Origin: Ignavibacteriota bacterium
Lineage (GTDB): Bacteria; Bacteroidota; Ignavibacteria; UBA10030; CAVZMI01
Direction of reading: 5' to 3'
Length of the DNA stretch: 64,000 nucleotides
Assembly: GCA_963776275.1 (NCBI GenBank)
Contig: CAVZMI010000003.1
Coordinates: forward strand, 1 to 64,000
Below the pieces are notes generated by a model. That model saw only the letters and a program-made list of their open reading frames with translations, searched no databases and had not been told where the DNA came from. Shown piece after piece: positions 31,213-41,000 of this stretch; position 1 is the stretch's first letter; each line of letters begins with the position of its first letter. The position numbers and the translations under genes were made by a program.

Positions 31213-32344
31213 TGAGTCATCACACCGGCAAACCGTTACTGTCGATCTCGGTGATCGAAGCTACCCGATCGTGATCGGTGAAGGTATCCTGTCGTCGCTG
31301 ACGGCGATGGTTCGAGAGAGGCTGTCCTCCACAGAAGGCGTAGTGATCAGTGATCGGACGGTTGCCGAGCTTTACATGCCGACTGTTCGTCGTGCATTAC
31401 GGAACACCGCGATTTCAATCACTTCAATCGTTATCCCGCCGGGGGAACAGCAAAAGAATATCCATCGAGTCAATACGATTATTTCGATAATGCTGCGAAA
31501 ACGCCTCAGTCGGTCGGCAGCAGTGTTTGCTCTGGGCGGAGGTGTCGTCGGTGATCTTGCAGGATTTGTTTCAGCAATTTATCAGAGGGGGATTGATTTT
31601 ATTCAGATTCCTACGACACTTCTCGCTCAGGTCGACAGCTCGGTTGGCGGGAAAGTCGGAGTCAACCATCCCTCGGGCAAAAATATGATCGGTGCATTCC
31701 ATCAACCACGTTTCGTCCTTGCCGACAGCACCGTTCTTGCTACATTACCGCCCAGAGAATTCATATGCGGTCTCGGCGAAGTAATTAAGTATGGAATCAT
31801 TGCCGACGATGAGTTCTTCCAATATCTTGAAAAACACCTGAACGAAATCGTCTCGCTCGATCCGGAAGCAGTCATGCATACCGTTGCACGATGCTGTTCG
31901 CTCAAAGCCGACATTGTGCGAAATGATGAACGTGAGAAAGCCGTTTCCGGAGGACGGGCGGTCTTGAACTTCGGACATACAATCGGTCATGCCATAGAAG
32001 CTGCGGTCGGGTATCGTGGAATAAAACACGGCGAGGCAGTCCTGCTTGGCATGTTGGTCGAAAGCCGGATGGCGAACCTCCTCGGTATGTTGGAGGAGGG
32101 TGAATACAAGCGTATTGCATCGTTGATCAATCGGCTCACACTTCCGCATATCCTTCCATCGCTGTCGAACGGAAAACTTGTCGCATTCATGTCCCACGAC
32201 AAAAAAGTGAAAGAGAAAAAAATTCATTTTATACTTCCGATAAAGATTGGGGGTGTACAAATTGTCGGCGATGTCCCGCAACGGGTGGTGAAACAAAGTC
32301 TTGATGATCTGAAAAACTTTTTCCGATATGGAAAGAAAAAATAA
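31205..32344 (+). CDS. aroB: 3-dehydroquinate synthase
   Basis: GGGVVGDLAGF, PTTLLAQVDSSVGGK, KNMIGAFHQP, LNFGHTIGHAIE and HGEAV motifs. Confidence 0.96.
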   Translation: MHDESSHRQTVTVDLGDRSYPIVIGEGILSSLTAMVRERLSSTEGVVISDRTVAELYMPTVRRALRNTAISITSIVIPPGEQQKNIHRVNTIISIMLRKRLSRSAAVFALGGGVVGDLAGFVSAIYQRGIDFIQIPTTLLAQVDSSVGGKVGVNHPSGKNMIGAFHQPRFVLADSTVLATLPPREFICGLGEVIKYGIIADDEFFQYLEKHLNEIVSLDPEAVMHTVARCCSLKADIVRNDEREKAVSGGRAVLNFGHTIGHAIEAAVGYRGIKHGEAVLLGMLVESRMANLLGMLEEGEYKRIASLINRLTLPHILPSLSNGKLVAFMSHDKKVKEKKIHFILPIKIGGVQIVGDVPQRVVKQSLDDLKNFFRYGKKK

Positions 32345-32846
32345 TCTGATCCGTTGGATATCGTTCTGTATATTCCCGGCAATATTTTTGTTTGCCTGTG
32401 TAGGTTGTGTCTCCCGATATCCGTTTGTTGTTGTTGTGAAAGACCGCGTAGTACGTACCCGGACAATTGAAGATACGGTCAACAAGATCCTTTATTGTTA
32501 CGATGCGAGTTATACCGTGAAGAAAAAGGTCTCTTCACAAATAATTCTGCTCATTACTAATAACAGCCGTGGAGTGCTATCGCTTGGGAGCGGACGAATT
32601 CGGATAACATCCCGGAATATCGATTATGAAATGAACGACCGCTTTCTTCCGCTTCCTGACATAGAAATCGAACCGCACGGAAGATACGAGTTAACGTTTT
32701 CGGGAAGCGGCCGGAAGATCGTAGATGAACCGTGGCAATTGATAGCCGGAGAACAGATGGTACTCACGCTCCGCGGATTATTATTAAACGGAAAAGAGAT
32801 ACCCGGACATGTTGTGTGCCTCATCCCCGTAAATCCTCAGTTGTAA
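32328..32846 (+). CDS. Hypothetical lipoprotein
   Basis: Hydrophobic N-terminus with a Cys lipobox-like segment; overlaps the aroB stop. Confidence 0.55.
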   Translation: MERKNNLIRWISFCIFPAIFLFACVGCVSRYPFVVVVKDRVVRTRTIEDTVNKILYCYDASYTVKKKVSSQIILLITNNSRGVLSLGSGRIRITSRNIDYEMNDRFLPLPDIEIEPHGRYELTFSGSGRKIVDEPWQLIAGEQMVLTLRGLLLNGKEIPGHVVCLIPVNPQL

Positions 32847-32869
32847 TTGACAATGGAAAGGCTCCTTGT

Positions 32870-33352
32870 ATGAATATTCTTACAGTTCGTATCGAAAAAC
32901 CGGATGATATGAATTTCATCCTTGGTCATTCTCATTTTATTAAAACAGTGGAAGATCTTCATGAGGCCATAGTGCAAACTCAACCGGCCATGAAATTCGG
33001 CATCGCTTTTTGCGAATCGTCGGGTCCTGCACTCGTGAGGTTCAGCGGGAATGACGGGCGATTGATCGAGCTGGCACAAAAAAATGCCCTGGCACTGGGA
33101 TGCGGACATTCATTTATTATCTTTATGGAGAACGGGTTCCCCGTAAATATTCTGAATACTGTTAAAAATGTTTCTGAAGTATGCAGAGTGTTTTGTGCCA
33201 CAGCAAATCCAACCGAAGTAATCATTGCAGAAACCGAACAGGGAAGGGGAATACTGGGGGTCATCGATGGAGTATCGGTGAAAGGCATCGAAACGGAGTC
33301 GGATATTACGGCAAGAAAATCATTTCTCAGAAAGATCGGATATAAGTTATAA
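32870..33352 (+). CDS. Adenosine-specific kinase family protein (DUF355/PAE2307-like)
   Basis: ILGHSHFIKTVEDL, FGIAFCESSG, CATANP, QGRGILGVIDG and C-terminal IGYKL. Confidence 0.88.
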   Translation: MNILTVRIEKPDDMNFILGHSHFIKTVEDLHEAIVQTQPAMKFGIAFCESSGPALVRFSGNDGRLIELAQKNALALGCGHSFIIFMENGFPVNILNTVKNVSEVCRVFCATANPTEVIIAETEQGRGILGVIDGVSVKGIETESDITARKSFLRKIGYKL

Positions 33353-33381
33353 AAAGGAAAATGGATGAAGGAGAATAATAT

Positions 33382-34645
33382 ATGAGGTTTTTCCATGTTG
33401 GAATTTCCTTTGGCGCTATTTTAAGTCTGGTCTCCATGCAGAATCTTTTTGGACAGGCGTGTGTCGAATGTCATGCGAAGGTCACTCCAAATATCGTCTT
33501 GGATTGGCAGAATAGTAAGCACAGTCAGAATGATGTCGATTGTGCGACATGTCACGGCGACTTGCATCGTACGGCACAAGATATTGCCAATGTTGAAATT
33601 CCCACACCGTCGACGTGTGCGCAGTGTCATGATGACAGAGTAGCGCAATACAAAAAAGGGAAACATGCCATTGCATGGGCAGCCATGAAAGCAATGCCCA
33701 CGGCGCACATGCAACCGATGGCGATGATGGAAGGAATGAAGGGCTGCGGAGGCTGTCATAAGATCGGCATGAAGAGCGAGGAAGAAATTAAGGCGTTGAA
33801 GAGTAACGGCGGGGGATTTGGCGTTGCTTCATGCGATGCATGCCATACGCGTCATTCGTTTTCACTCAAGGAAGCCCGGCAGCCGCAGGCCTGCGAGACA
33901 TGTCATATGGGTTTCGATCATCCCCAATGGGAAATGTATTCGGCATCGAAGCATGGAGTCCGGTATTTGTTGAAACAGGGTGGTACGCTGCCGCCTCAAA
34001 CACCCGCTACGACATGCCAGACATGCCATATGCAAAACGGCGATCATGAAGTGCGAAGTGCGTGGGGTTTCCTTGCCGTTCGGTTACCAATGCCCGAAGA
34101 TAAACAATGGGCGGATGACCGTGCTATAATACTCGAGGCTCTCGGAGTGCTCAGTCCAGGACGGTGCGCCGACACCCCGGCTTGATGTTGTGAAAGCTGC
34201 CGACGTTGCTCGATTGACACAGGAAAGCTGGCAGGCGGAGCGGGGGAAAATGATCAAGACATGCAACCAATGTCATTCGGCGAATTTCGCAAAAGGTGAG
34301 CTCGAGAAAGGAGATGCGATGATCAAAGCGGCCGACCATCTCATGGCCGAAGCGATCCGGACAGTTGCCGGCCTGTACAGGGACGGGGTTATCGAGAAGC
34401 CGAAAAATTATGCGTCGGCATTCCCGGATCTTTTGACATTCCACGATGCACCGACAGTCATCGAGCAAAAGCTCTTTGTTATGTTCCTCGAACATCGCAT
34501 GCGTGCATTTCAGGGTACGTTTCATGCAAATCCAGACTACGCACTATGGTACGGATGGAGCGAGATGCGGCGGGATCTCACCGAGATTAATACGATGGCA
34601 AAAGAGCTCCATGAAGCAAATAAGAAAAGTGTGAATCCAAGGTAA
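33382..34645 (+). CDS. Octaheme cytochrome c, hydroxylamine oxidoreductase (HAO)-like (frameshift near 34158)
   Basis: Signal peptide and 8 CxxCH motifs (CVECH, CATCH, CAQCH, CGGCH, CDACH, CETCH, CQTCH, CNQCH). HAO-type CHTRH.FS and GFDH..W..Y..SKHG are present. Confidence 0.85.
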
Positions 34646-34685
34646 TCTAACATATTTTCTCAGGATTTCTTCCTTCTCTGTCCTA

Positions 34686-35252
34686 ATGTCGAAGAACGAT
34701 GACGATAACGTCCGTGATCTCCTCTATCGGTCACGCCGGGGAGATGTCGATGCACTGAACAGACTCTGTGCGATGCTCCGTGAGCAGGTGTTCCGGCGGA
34801 TCATGGGGAAAATTCATGATGAAGACGATTCGGATGAACTGGCGCAGAAAACAATCATCTGGTTCCTTCGAAACTTCAAGGATAGAATTCATGACGAAAA
34901 TATCCCCGCCCTCCTTGCCGCAAAAGCATTTTTCTTATTAAAAAGTCATTTTCGCACGAAATATATACTGAAAGAAGTAGCGCTCGAATGTGTGGAAGAA
35001 GGGCATCTTGTCGATAATTCGGTCGCCGATACACTCGATGAAAATGCCGATCGTCGTGAAGCTTGGAAGAAAATTAAGGCAGAGGTTGAAAGCCTGCCGG
35101 CGACATATAGAGAAGTAATTGTACGCCGCTATTATCAGGATTTATCGGTTCAGGAAATCGCCGTAGAGCTTGATCTCTCCGAGGACAACGTGAGGCAGAG
35201 ACATAAGCGCGGTATCGATATATTGAAAAAGCGGATGCAAGAAAAGAAATGA
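34686..35252 (+). CDS. ECF-type RNA polymerase sigma factor
   Basis: Region 2 (GDVDAL...DELAQKT) and region 4 (LPATYREVIVRRYYQDLSVQEIAVELDLSEDNVRQR). Confidence 0.85.
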   Translation: MSKNDDDNVRDLLYRSRRGDVDALNRLCAMLREQVFRRIMGKIHDEDDSDELAQKTIIWFLRNFKDRIHDENIPALLAAKAFFLLKSHFRTKYILKEVALECVEEGHLVDNSVADTLDENADRREAWKKIKAEVESLPATYREVIVRRYYQDLSVQEIAVELDLSEDNVRQRHKRGIDILKKRMQEKK

Positions 35253-35364
35253 ATAAACGGTTGATAATTTTTAAGTTAATAATTAGCGTCGAGACAAACA
35301 AAGATCACAGTCACGGTTTTAAACCCGGAAATCATAAATCAACAATGGAAGATATTCAAGGACT

Positions 35365-36681
35365 TCAATTGTTGTGATTATATTTTTGTGATTTTACTGA
35401 ATGTTTCGGGAAAAGCTGGACGAGCCTATCAAGCTCGCTCTGCCGTACACGGATATGCATCTCGACATGATCGTGAGCATAATGTTGAGAGAGGACTTCT
35501 GCGACATCATGAATGCGTGCGATGAGGTCGTATTGATTCTGCGAAAAAATAAATGTCCGATCGATATAGGCATCCTGAACGAGCAGTGAAAGCTTTTCCT
35601 TTAGTGTGGAAATATTGATCGCGCGCGCAGCGGATATACAAACGCTGTTCTGATACTTTCTTCCCACCAATTCGAGAATGCCTCGATCCTCGAGAAGATC
35701 GATCTTGTTGAATACCATCATCGTGGATTTCCCCTCGGCTGATATTTCATGCAGCGTCGATACGACAATCGCAATTTGTTCTTCCCAGAGAGGATGGCTG
35801 ATATCGATTACATGAAGAAGTATATCGGCCTCAGTAACCTCCGCAAGAGTGCTTTTGAACGATGCTATTAAGTTGTGAGGAAGTTTTCTGATAAAACCGA
35901 CGGTGTCTGAAAGAAGTATCTTTGTCCCGGCATCGAGTGGGATGCATCGCACGGTAGAATCGACGGTAGCAAAAAGACGGTTTTCTACAAGGACGTCGGC
36001 TTGCGAGAGAAGATTCATTAATGTTGATTTACCGGCGTTTGTATATCCCACCAGGGCGACCCTTGTCAGTTCTTCCCGTCCATGGCGTTGGATTTCACGC
36101 TGTTGGCTGATGCGTTCGAGCTTTTCGCGGAGATGGCTGATGCGTTTCCGGATCATACGCCGGTCGGTTTCAATTTGCGTTTCACCCGGCCCTTTTGTCC
36201 CGATGCCGCCGTACTGTTTCGAAAGATGCGTCCACTGCCGCGTCAGGCGCGGCAGGAGGTACTCGTATTGTGCGAGAGCGACCTGCGTTCGGGCTTCATT
36301 GCTCTTGGCGCGTTTGGTAAAAATATCGAGAATTAGTCCGCTCCGATCAATCACCTTGCAATTGAGAACGCGTTCAAGGTTGCGAATCTGGACGGATGAG
36401 AGGTCGTCATCGAAAACAGTGAGATGGATATTTTCATCGGTGATGATCGCAGCAATCTGTTCGGCTTTCCCCTTGCCGATAAATGTCGCCACGTCGATCG
36501 TGTTGCGATCCTGGATAATCCGGTGGATTACATCGGCTCCGGCTGTATCGACAAGGAGGGCCAGTTCTTCTAAATATTCTTCTGCCTGAGCACGGGATGC
36601 GGAAGGACCGGTGATGCCGACGATGACAGCGCGTTCGCGAGCGCCCTGCTCAATATCAATGAGTTTCTTCTTTGAGGTCAT
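35365..36681 (-). CDS. hflX: GTPase HflX
   Basis: GKGK, LILDIF, GPGETQIE, GYTNAGKST, LFAT, DTVGFI and NKID motifs. Confidence 0.96.
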   Translation of the reverse strand: MTSKKKLIDIEQGARERAVIVGITGPSASRAQAEEYLEELALLVDTAGADVIHRIIQDRNTIDVATFIGKGKAEQIAAIITDENIHLTVFDDDLSSVQIRNLERVLNCKVIDRSGLILDIFTKRAKSNEARTQVALAQYEYLLPRLTRQWTHLSKQYGGIGTKGPGETQIETDRRMIRKRISHLREKLERISQQREIQRHGREELTRVALVGYTNAGKSTLMNLLSQADVLVENRLFATVDSTVRCIPLDAGTKILLSDTVGFIRKLPHNLIASFKSTLAEVTEADILLHVIDISHPLWEEQIAIVVSTLHEISAEGKSTMMVFNKIDLLEDRGILELVGRKYQNSVCISAARAINISTLKEKLSLLVQDAYIDRTFIFSQNQYDLIARIHDVAEVLSQHYAHDHVEMHIRVRQSELDRLVQLFPKHSVKSQKYNHNN

Positions 36682-37171
36682 CCGATTGACTCTGAAGTGT
36701 ATTCCGGATTATTTCTTCCGTCTTTACACGATGAGAAGCAGGGATGATTAATGTCGTATACCGATCGCCGGCCGCTGCAGGTGATTCTCTCCACCGAAAT
36801 TGCCAACGGAGACGATTGCCTGGTTTCTCCGTGAATTGGTAGTGGTAGATCGCCTTCCACGAGATCATGCGTCCGTTCCAAAAAACTCCAGAGCTGCCGA
36901 TTGCCGCACGGCCAAAGAAGAAATAAAAACCAAGCAATACGAGGCCGAGCCAGAAGAAGAAAATGTAATTCGGATTGAATGTGGTAAAATAAAGATAAAA
37001 TCCGATTATTATATATGAACACATGATTCCGATTCCAGACAATGCCGGTAAGGTGTACCACCAGCAGACAACCTTTCCGATTTCGTTATATCTCCGTTTG
37101 AAAAGCATTTGTATTCCCCATATTGTACTGCCCGCAATGATAAGGGATATGATGAAAGTAAGCCAATCCAT
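36656..37171 (-). CDS. Small membrane protein, paralog 3 (DUF5673/bPH-like C-terminus)
   Basis: 3 TMs followed by IGSSGVFWNGRMISW..I..Y. Confidence 0.6.
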   Translation of the reverse strand: MDWLTFIISLIIAGSTIWGIQMLFKRRYNEIGKVVCWWYTLPALSGIGIMCSYIIIGFYLYFTTFNPNYIFFFWLGLVLLGFYFFFGRAAIGSSGVFWNGRMISWKAIYHYQFTEKPGNRLRWQFRWRESPAAAGDRYTTLIIPASHRVKTEEIIRNTLQSQSDDLKEETH

Positions 37172-37192
37172 GATATTCTCCAGAAAAAGTGA

Positions 37193-37687
37193 TTACGACT
37201 GGATGGTTGCACCTTTTTGCATTGCCATCTCGATCTCAGAGCGCCGCCCTGACGGAATAACAATCTCGGTAACGTCGATATGAGATGCCGCAGGATCTTG
37301 TTTAAATTCAAGTCGGAGAAACGCACGCCCCTCATTTTCTACAATCGACCAGCTTGTCACTTGATGCCAATAAAGTCGAAGCCCGCCATTCCTGACAAGG
37401 ATCCCATCCTGGCCAATGTACTCATACCCCAGAGGTCGATACATATATATTGGCAGCAATGCGATAAAGGCGAAAATAATTAATGGCTCAATGGTTCGAT
37501 AGAGTACTATACCGAAAACTACGACATAGATAATCATCATGATAAAAAAACGGATTTTCGAAACCTTGGTTTGCCATCGAAATTCGATAATTCCTATGCT
37601 CTTGACCATCGAGCGTTGCTTATAAATGCCAAAAGCCGAAAGGAGAATCGCAGCGATAAGTATTACTACCAATTCGGTTTTCATCAA
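37193..37687 (-). CDS. Small membrane protein, paralog 2
   Basis: 3 TMs followed by IGQDGIL....LYW..V..W. Confidence 0.6.
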   Translation of the reverse strand: MMKTELVVILIAAILLSAFGIYKQRSMVKSIGIIEFRWQTKVSKIRFFIMMIIYVVVFGIVLYRTIEPLIIFAFIALLPIYMYRPLGYEYIGQDGILVRNGGLRLYWHQVTSWSIVENEGRAFLRLEFKQDPAASHIDVTEIVIPSGRRSEIEMAMQKGATIQS

Positions 37688-38205
37688 TTGCTCCGTGGTA
37701 ATTGAATCGATGGAATGAAATTTTGAAAGAGCGCAAGAGTTACTTTTACCATCCGCCGTGGGATAACAAAGTTGACAGTCTGTCCTTTCTGCGCGGAGTT
37801 GTCATCACTCCATGTCACGCTCATATGATGCTTTCCGGTTTTCTCCCACACGGAAAATTGTGAGATATTTTTCCAGAGAATCGACCTGCGATAAATAAAA
37901 ATTCCATGTTCGCCTATGATTATCGTACTTCCCAGGACATTCATTAGTCCCGAAAAAAAAGCCCCAAGAAAAATAAGCTTTGCATAGCGGCTTGTCGAAT
38001 ACTGGTATAATATGACCGAGAACGATACTCCGAGGATACACCAAAGAATAAGCGCAAGCCGAATCTGTCCCGGCCGCCATTGGAGAAGTGTCTTCCCTAC
38101 CACTCGCCGTTTCCGGATGGCAGTATACGAAAATGTGATCGGAATTGCCAATACCAATATCACGAGAACTATAATTGTGATTTCATCCAGTGATATATTG
38201 CTCAT
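37684..38205 (-). CDS. Small membrane protein, paralog 1
   Basis: 3 TMs followed by IGEHGIF..RRSILW..I..F. ATGA-type overlaps with its neighbours. Confidence 0.6.
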   Translation of the reverse strand: MSNISLDEITIIVLVILVLAIPITFSYTAIRKRRVVGKTLLQWRPGQIRLALILWCILGVSFSVILYQYSTSRYAKLIFLGAFFSGLMNVLGSTIIIGEHGIFIYRRSILWKNISQFSVWEKTGKHHMSVTWSDDNSAQKGQTVNFVIPRRMVKVTLALFQNFIPSIQLPRSN

Positions 38206-40379
38206 AGAGGCTCCCGTTGCGCATACCGTTTCGAGCTGTAGGTAACTAACATTTCAAAAAAAGCGCATGCCAGAGCACAGATCATCGCAAAACGCCATAA
38301 TTCCTGACCATAGCGAGATTCAAGAATCATCGCTTGTGCGCTCTTCGTCGGATCAATCCCGACGATTCGGTTGTCTGATATCCCGTAGGCTATGATGTGT
38401 GATCTGAATGCCGGCTCGTCCAGAGGAGTCAAATCTGATTCCTTCGGATCCATGTTTACGGCGCACTGAGCATAAGGACTTATTCCGTGCATGATTGTAT
38501 AGAGTCCGTTCAGCGAAGTTGAATCCGTCACTGTAGATGAATGCCGTCCGGAATTCAGGAGAGGTTTGACCCGCGTCTCATCGCCATCCGGGGCGACAAC
38601 CGACCAGGGCATTTGATCGCCAGATAGGAGCGATGGAATCGAGAAAGTGATGGGATCGCCGCAAAAGGCTGCATTGATAGGAACAGCCACCTGTGCACCA
38701 TAGAGTATTGTGCGATACAGAAGGGGGACAAAAAGGCCTTTGAGCGGGAATTCCGACCACTCTGCTGTCGGCGGAACGGCGTAGAAAAGTATCTTACCCT
38801 CGCCCGAAGGATATTCGGTCAGAAATCCATTTCCATCGGAAAGTGCGATGAGAGTGTTACTTCGCGAGACGGGATGGATGACCACCGATTGAAACACACG
38901 GGGTGCGTCGGAAAGCTGTATTTCGTTTCGCGGCCGGGCTCCGGATGCGCGATCGTGTTCATGAGATTCAAACATTCCATTGAAAATCGGATGGCGGTCA
39001 TCGACGTGTTCGAGTGTCCGAAATCGTTCACGTTCCTGCATATTCCCGTTGATCGAGTCGACACCTGAAAGATTCAAAGCGGACGCAAGTCGGTGCAGTG
39101 AAGCAGGGAAAATATTTTTCCCGGGGAATAGGATTAGCGTTCCGCCGCTCTTCGTATATTCTTTGAGTCGTTGAAGAGCATCGGCCGACGGTTCGTTGGA
39201 GATGGAGGAGATAACTACGTTCATATCGCGTAGATTTGTCGAGGTCACGCCGTTCCATGTTGAGGATGTAGTCGAAAAGATAGAGGAATGTGCAGCGGAT
39301 TGCGAAATTTCAAGAGCTGTTCTGACAAATGTAAAATCCTCGGGTGATTGAGCCACGAGAAGAATCCGAATTGTTTGTGGAATATTTACCGAGAAATACC
39401 GGATGTTGTCGTATTCACATTGATCATCCTCGATGCGGATGCTCCCATCATTCAAACCGCGGTGCTGCAGAAGAAGAGGAAATTCTATCGTAGCGCTTTG
39501 CTGCGGAGCCAGATCGATCGATTTTTGTTGAACCCTTGCTTTTCCCAGATAGGCGCTGACCACAAACGTATGGAGTGGAGTCAGTCCGAAATTTTTCACC
39601 GTTGCCGAAACGATGCACGGCCGGTCGAGATCGAAGAGTGTATTTTCAATTCGGGTATCGATAATCCCGGCATTATTTTTTGATGAACCTCCGAATGTCG
39701 AAAAGAAAATTTTTACGTTATTGTTGAAGAGTGTGCGAATTGTCGAAGAATCAGACTGAGGTTGAATAGTGCCTCGCTGCATATCCGAGAGTATAAAGAT
39801 TTCTTTATTTGGATTGGTCGAATGTTGCAGCAGTCGTGCGGAGGCACGAAGCGCATCATCAATCGGTCGATAAACCGCCGAGAGTTTTGTTTCGCGAACG
39901 ATTGCTTTAAGAAGAGTGGTATTCTGTGTTGGAGCATCAAATGGTGTTTTTCCTCCTCCGGAGAGCTTTAAAACAAGTCCGTCGTCTCCTTCACGAAGCA
40001 TTGAAAGAAGTTCGTTGGCACGGGCCTGTGCTTGTGATAGAAGTATTCCGTGTTCATCCGTTCGTCCCATACTATATGAATCGTCCAGGATAATGATCAT
40101 AGTCGTTGCCGAGTGTCCTCCGGACCCCATACTGAAAGTACCGCGGAGTACGGGCCGCGCAAAAGCTAACACGATAAATAGAATGAGAAGAGTTCGAAGA
40201 ATAAGAAGAAGCCAGTATTGAAACTTCAACCGCCGGAGTGTGCTTTTTTGGAGTTCCTGAAGAAACGAAACGGTACTAAATTCTATGACCCTAAGCTTAC
40301 GCAGATTGAAAATATGGAGCAGCAGCGGAAAAGCAGCCGCGATTAAACCGACTAATACTGCTGGATTGAGGAACGTCAT
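38202..40379 (-). CDS. BatA-domain / vWA membrane protein
   Basis: MTFLNP..L..L....P.LLH, LLILR.L....LAFARP, MIDAS-like DDSYSM and ILSDMQ; C-terminal ESDL plus TM. Confidence 0.85.
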   Translation of the reverse strand: MTFLNPAVLVGLIAAAFPLLLHIFNLRKLRVIEFSTVSFLQELQKSTLRRLKFQYWLLLILRTLLILFIVLAFARPVLRGTFSMGSGGHSATTMIIILDDSYSMGRTDEHGILLSQAQARANELLSMLREGDDGLVLKLSGGGKTPFDAPTQNTTLLKAIVRETKLSAVYRPIDDALRASARLLQHSTNPNKEIFILSDMQRGTIQPQSDSSTIRTLFNNNVKIFFSTFGGSSKNNAGIIDTRIENTLFDLDRPCIVSATVKNFGLTPLHTFVVSAYLGKARVQQKSIDLAPQQSATIEFPLLLQHRGLNDGSIRIEDDQCEYDNIRYFSVNIPQTIRILLVAQSPEDFTFVRTALEISQSAAHSSIFSTTSSTWNGVTSTNLRDMNVVISSISNEPSADALQRLKEYTKSGGTLILFPGKNIFPASLHRLASALNLSGVDSINGNMQERERFRTLEHVDDRHPIFNGMFESHEHDRASGARPRNEIQLSDAPRVFQSVVIHPVSRSNTLIALSDGNGFLTEYPSGEGKILFYAVPPTAEWSEFPLKGLFVPLLYRTILYGAQVAVPINAAFCGDPITFSIPSLLSGDQMPWSVVAPDGDETRVKPLLNSGRHSSTVTDSTSLNGLYTIMHGISPYAQCAVNMDPKESDLTPLDEPAFRSHIIAYGISDNRIVGIDPTKSAQAMILESRYGQELWRFAMICALACAFFEMLVTYSSKRYAQREPL

Positions 40380-40738
40380 TCGATGCGCATGCCTTCGCAA
40401 CGATTCATAAAAAAATTAGATGGTAAAACAATTTTCCTTCCGACTATCCCGTGACAAAAAATATTGATAGATCATCGAGATTATTGTACAATAGCGACAA
40501 TTGTCACAAAAAGCAAGGTACGATATTTCTCCCGATATGGGACGTGCAGACAATAGAATCCGGGAAAGTCATTGAATTAATTCGGAGGGAAAGACTCAAA
40601 TGTCTGCTCTGTGTTGTGTGGGTACTATTTTTCTGGTTAGTACCGCTCCAGCTATTATTTTAAAATAATTATATGTGTTGGAGTCCCGCTCTCCGAGAGG
40701 GATGCCACTTTTATAGTGGTAAAAAAAGTTGGAGTGGC

Positions 40739-40990
40739 ACTAGTGTCGAGTACCAAAAATAACTTGACTTGTGTCGAGCATCAGTCGGGACGCGAGTGCC
40801 CTAACAACATTTCATTCCTACTAAAAAAGGGCATCCCGCTCTTCGAGCGGGATGTCGACTATTAAATTCATTTAGAATTATATAATTGGAACAGTGAGAA
40901 TTCAATTGAGTGAATTCAGTCGATTCCGCCCGGGAATGCATGTTATTATGCTCCGACTTATTCAAGTAATTTTTGAATCGAGACACTAGT
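40739..40990. mobile_element. MITE-like non-autonomous element with terminal inverted repeats
   Basis: Left end ACTAGTGTCGAGTACCAAAAATAACTTGA versus right-end reverse complement ACTAGTGTCTCGATTCAAAAATTACTTGA (23/29). CTAG at both ends. No transposase. Confidence 0.7.
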
Positions 40991-41000
40991 TGTGAAGATA

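Noticed and set aside
31745-32485. Long antisense ORFs (e.g. 31745..32485, 35903..36589, 12908..13480)
   Set aside because: They are shadows of well-supported genes (aroB, hflX, hisD) with no recognisable motifs.
40495-40506. GCGACAATTGTCAC as a second operator of the XRE/S24 repressor
   Set aside because: The half-sites match but the spacer is 2 bp instead of 4, which is insufficient without binding data.
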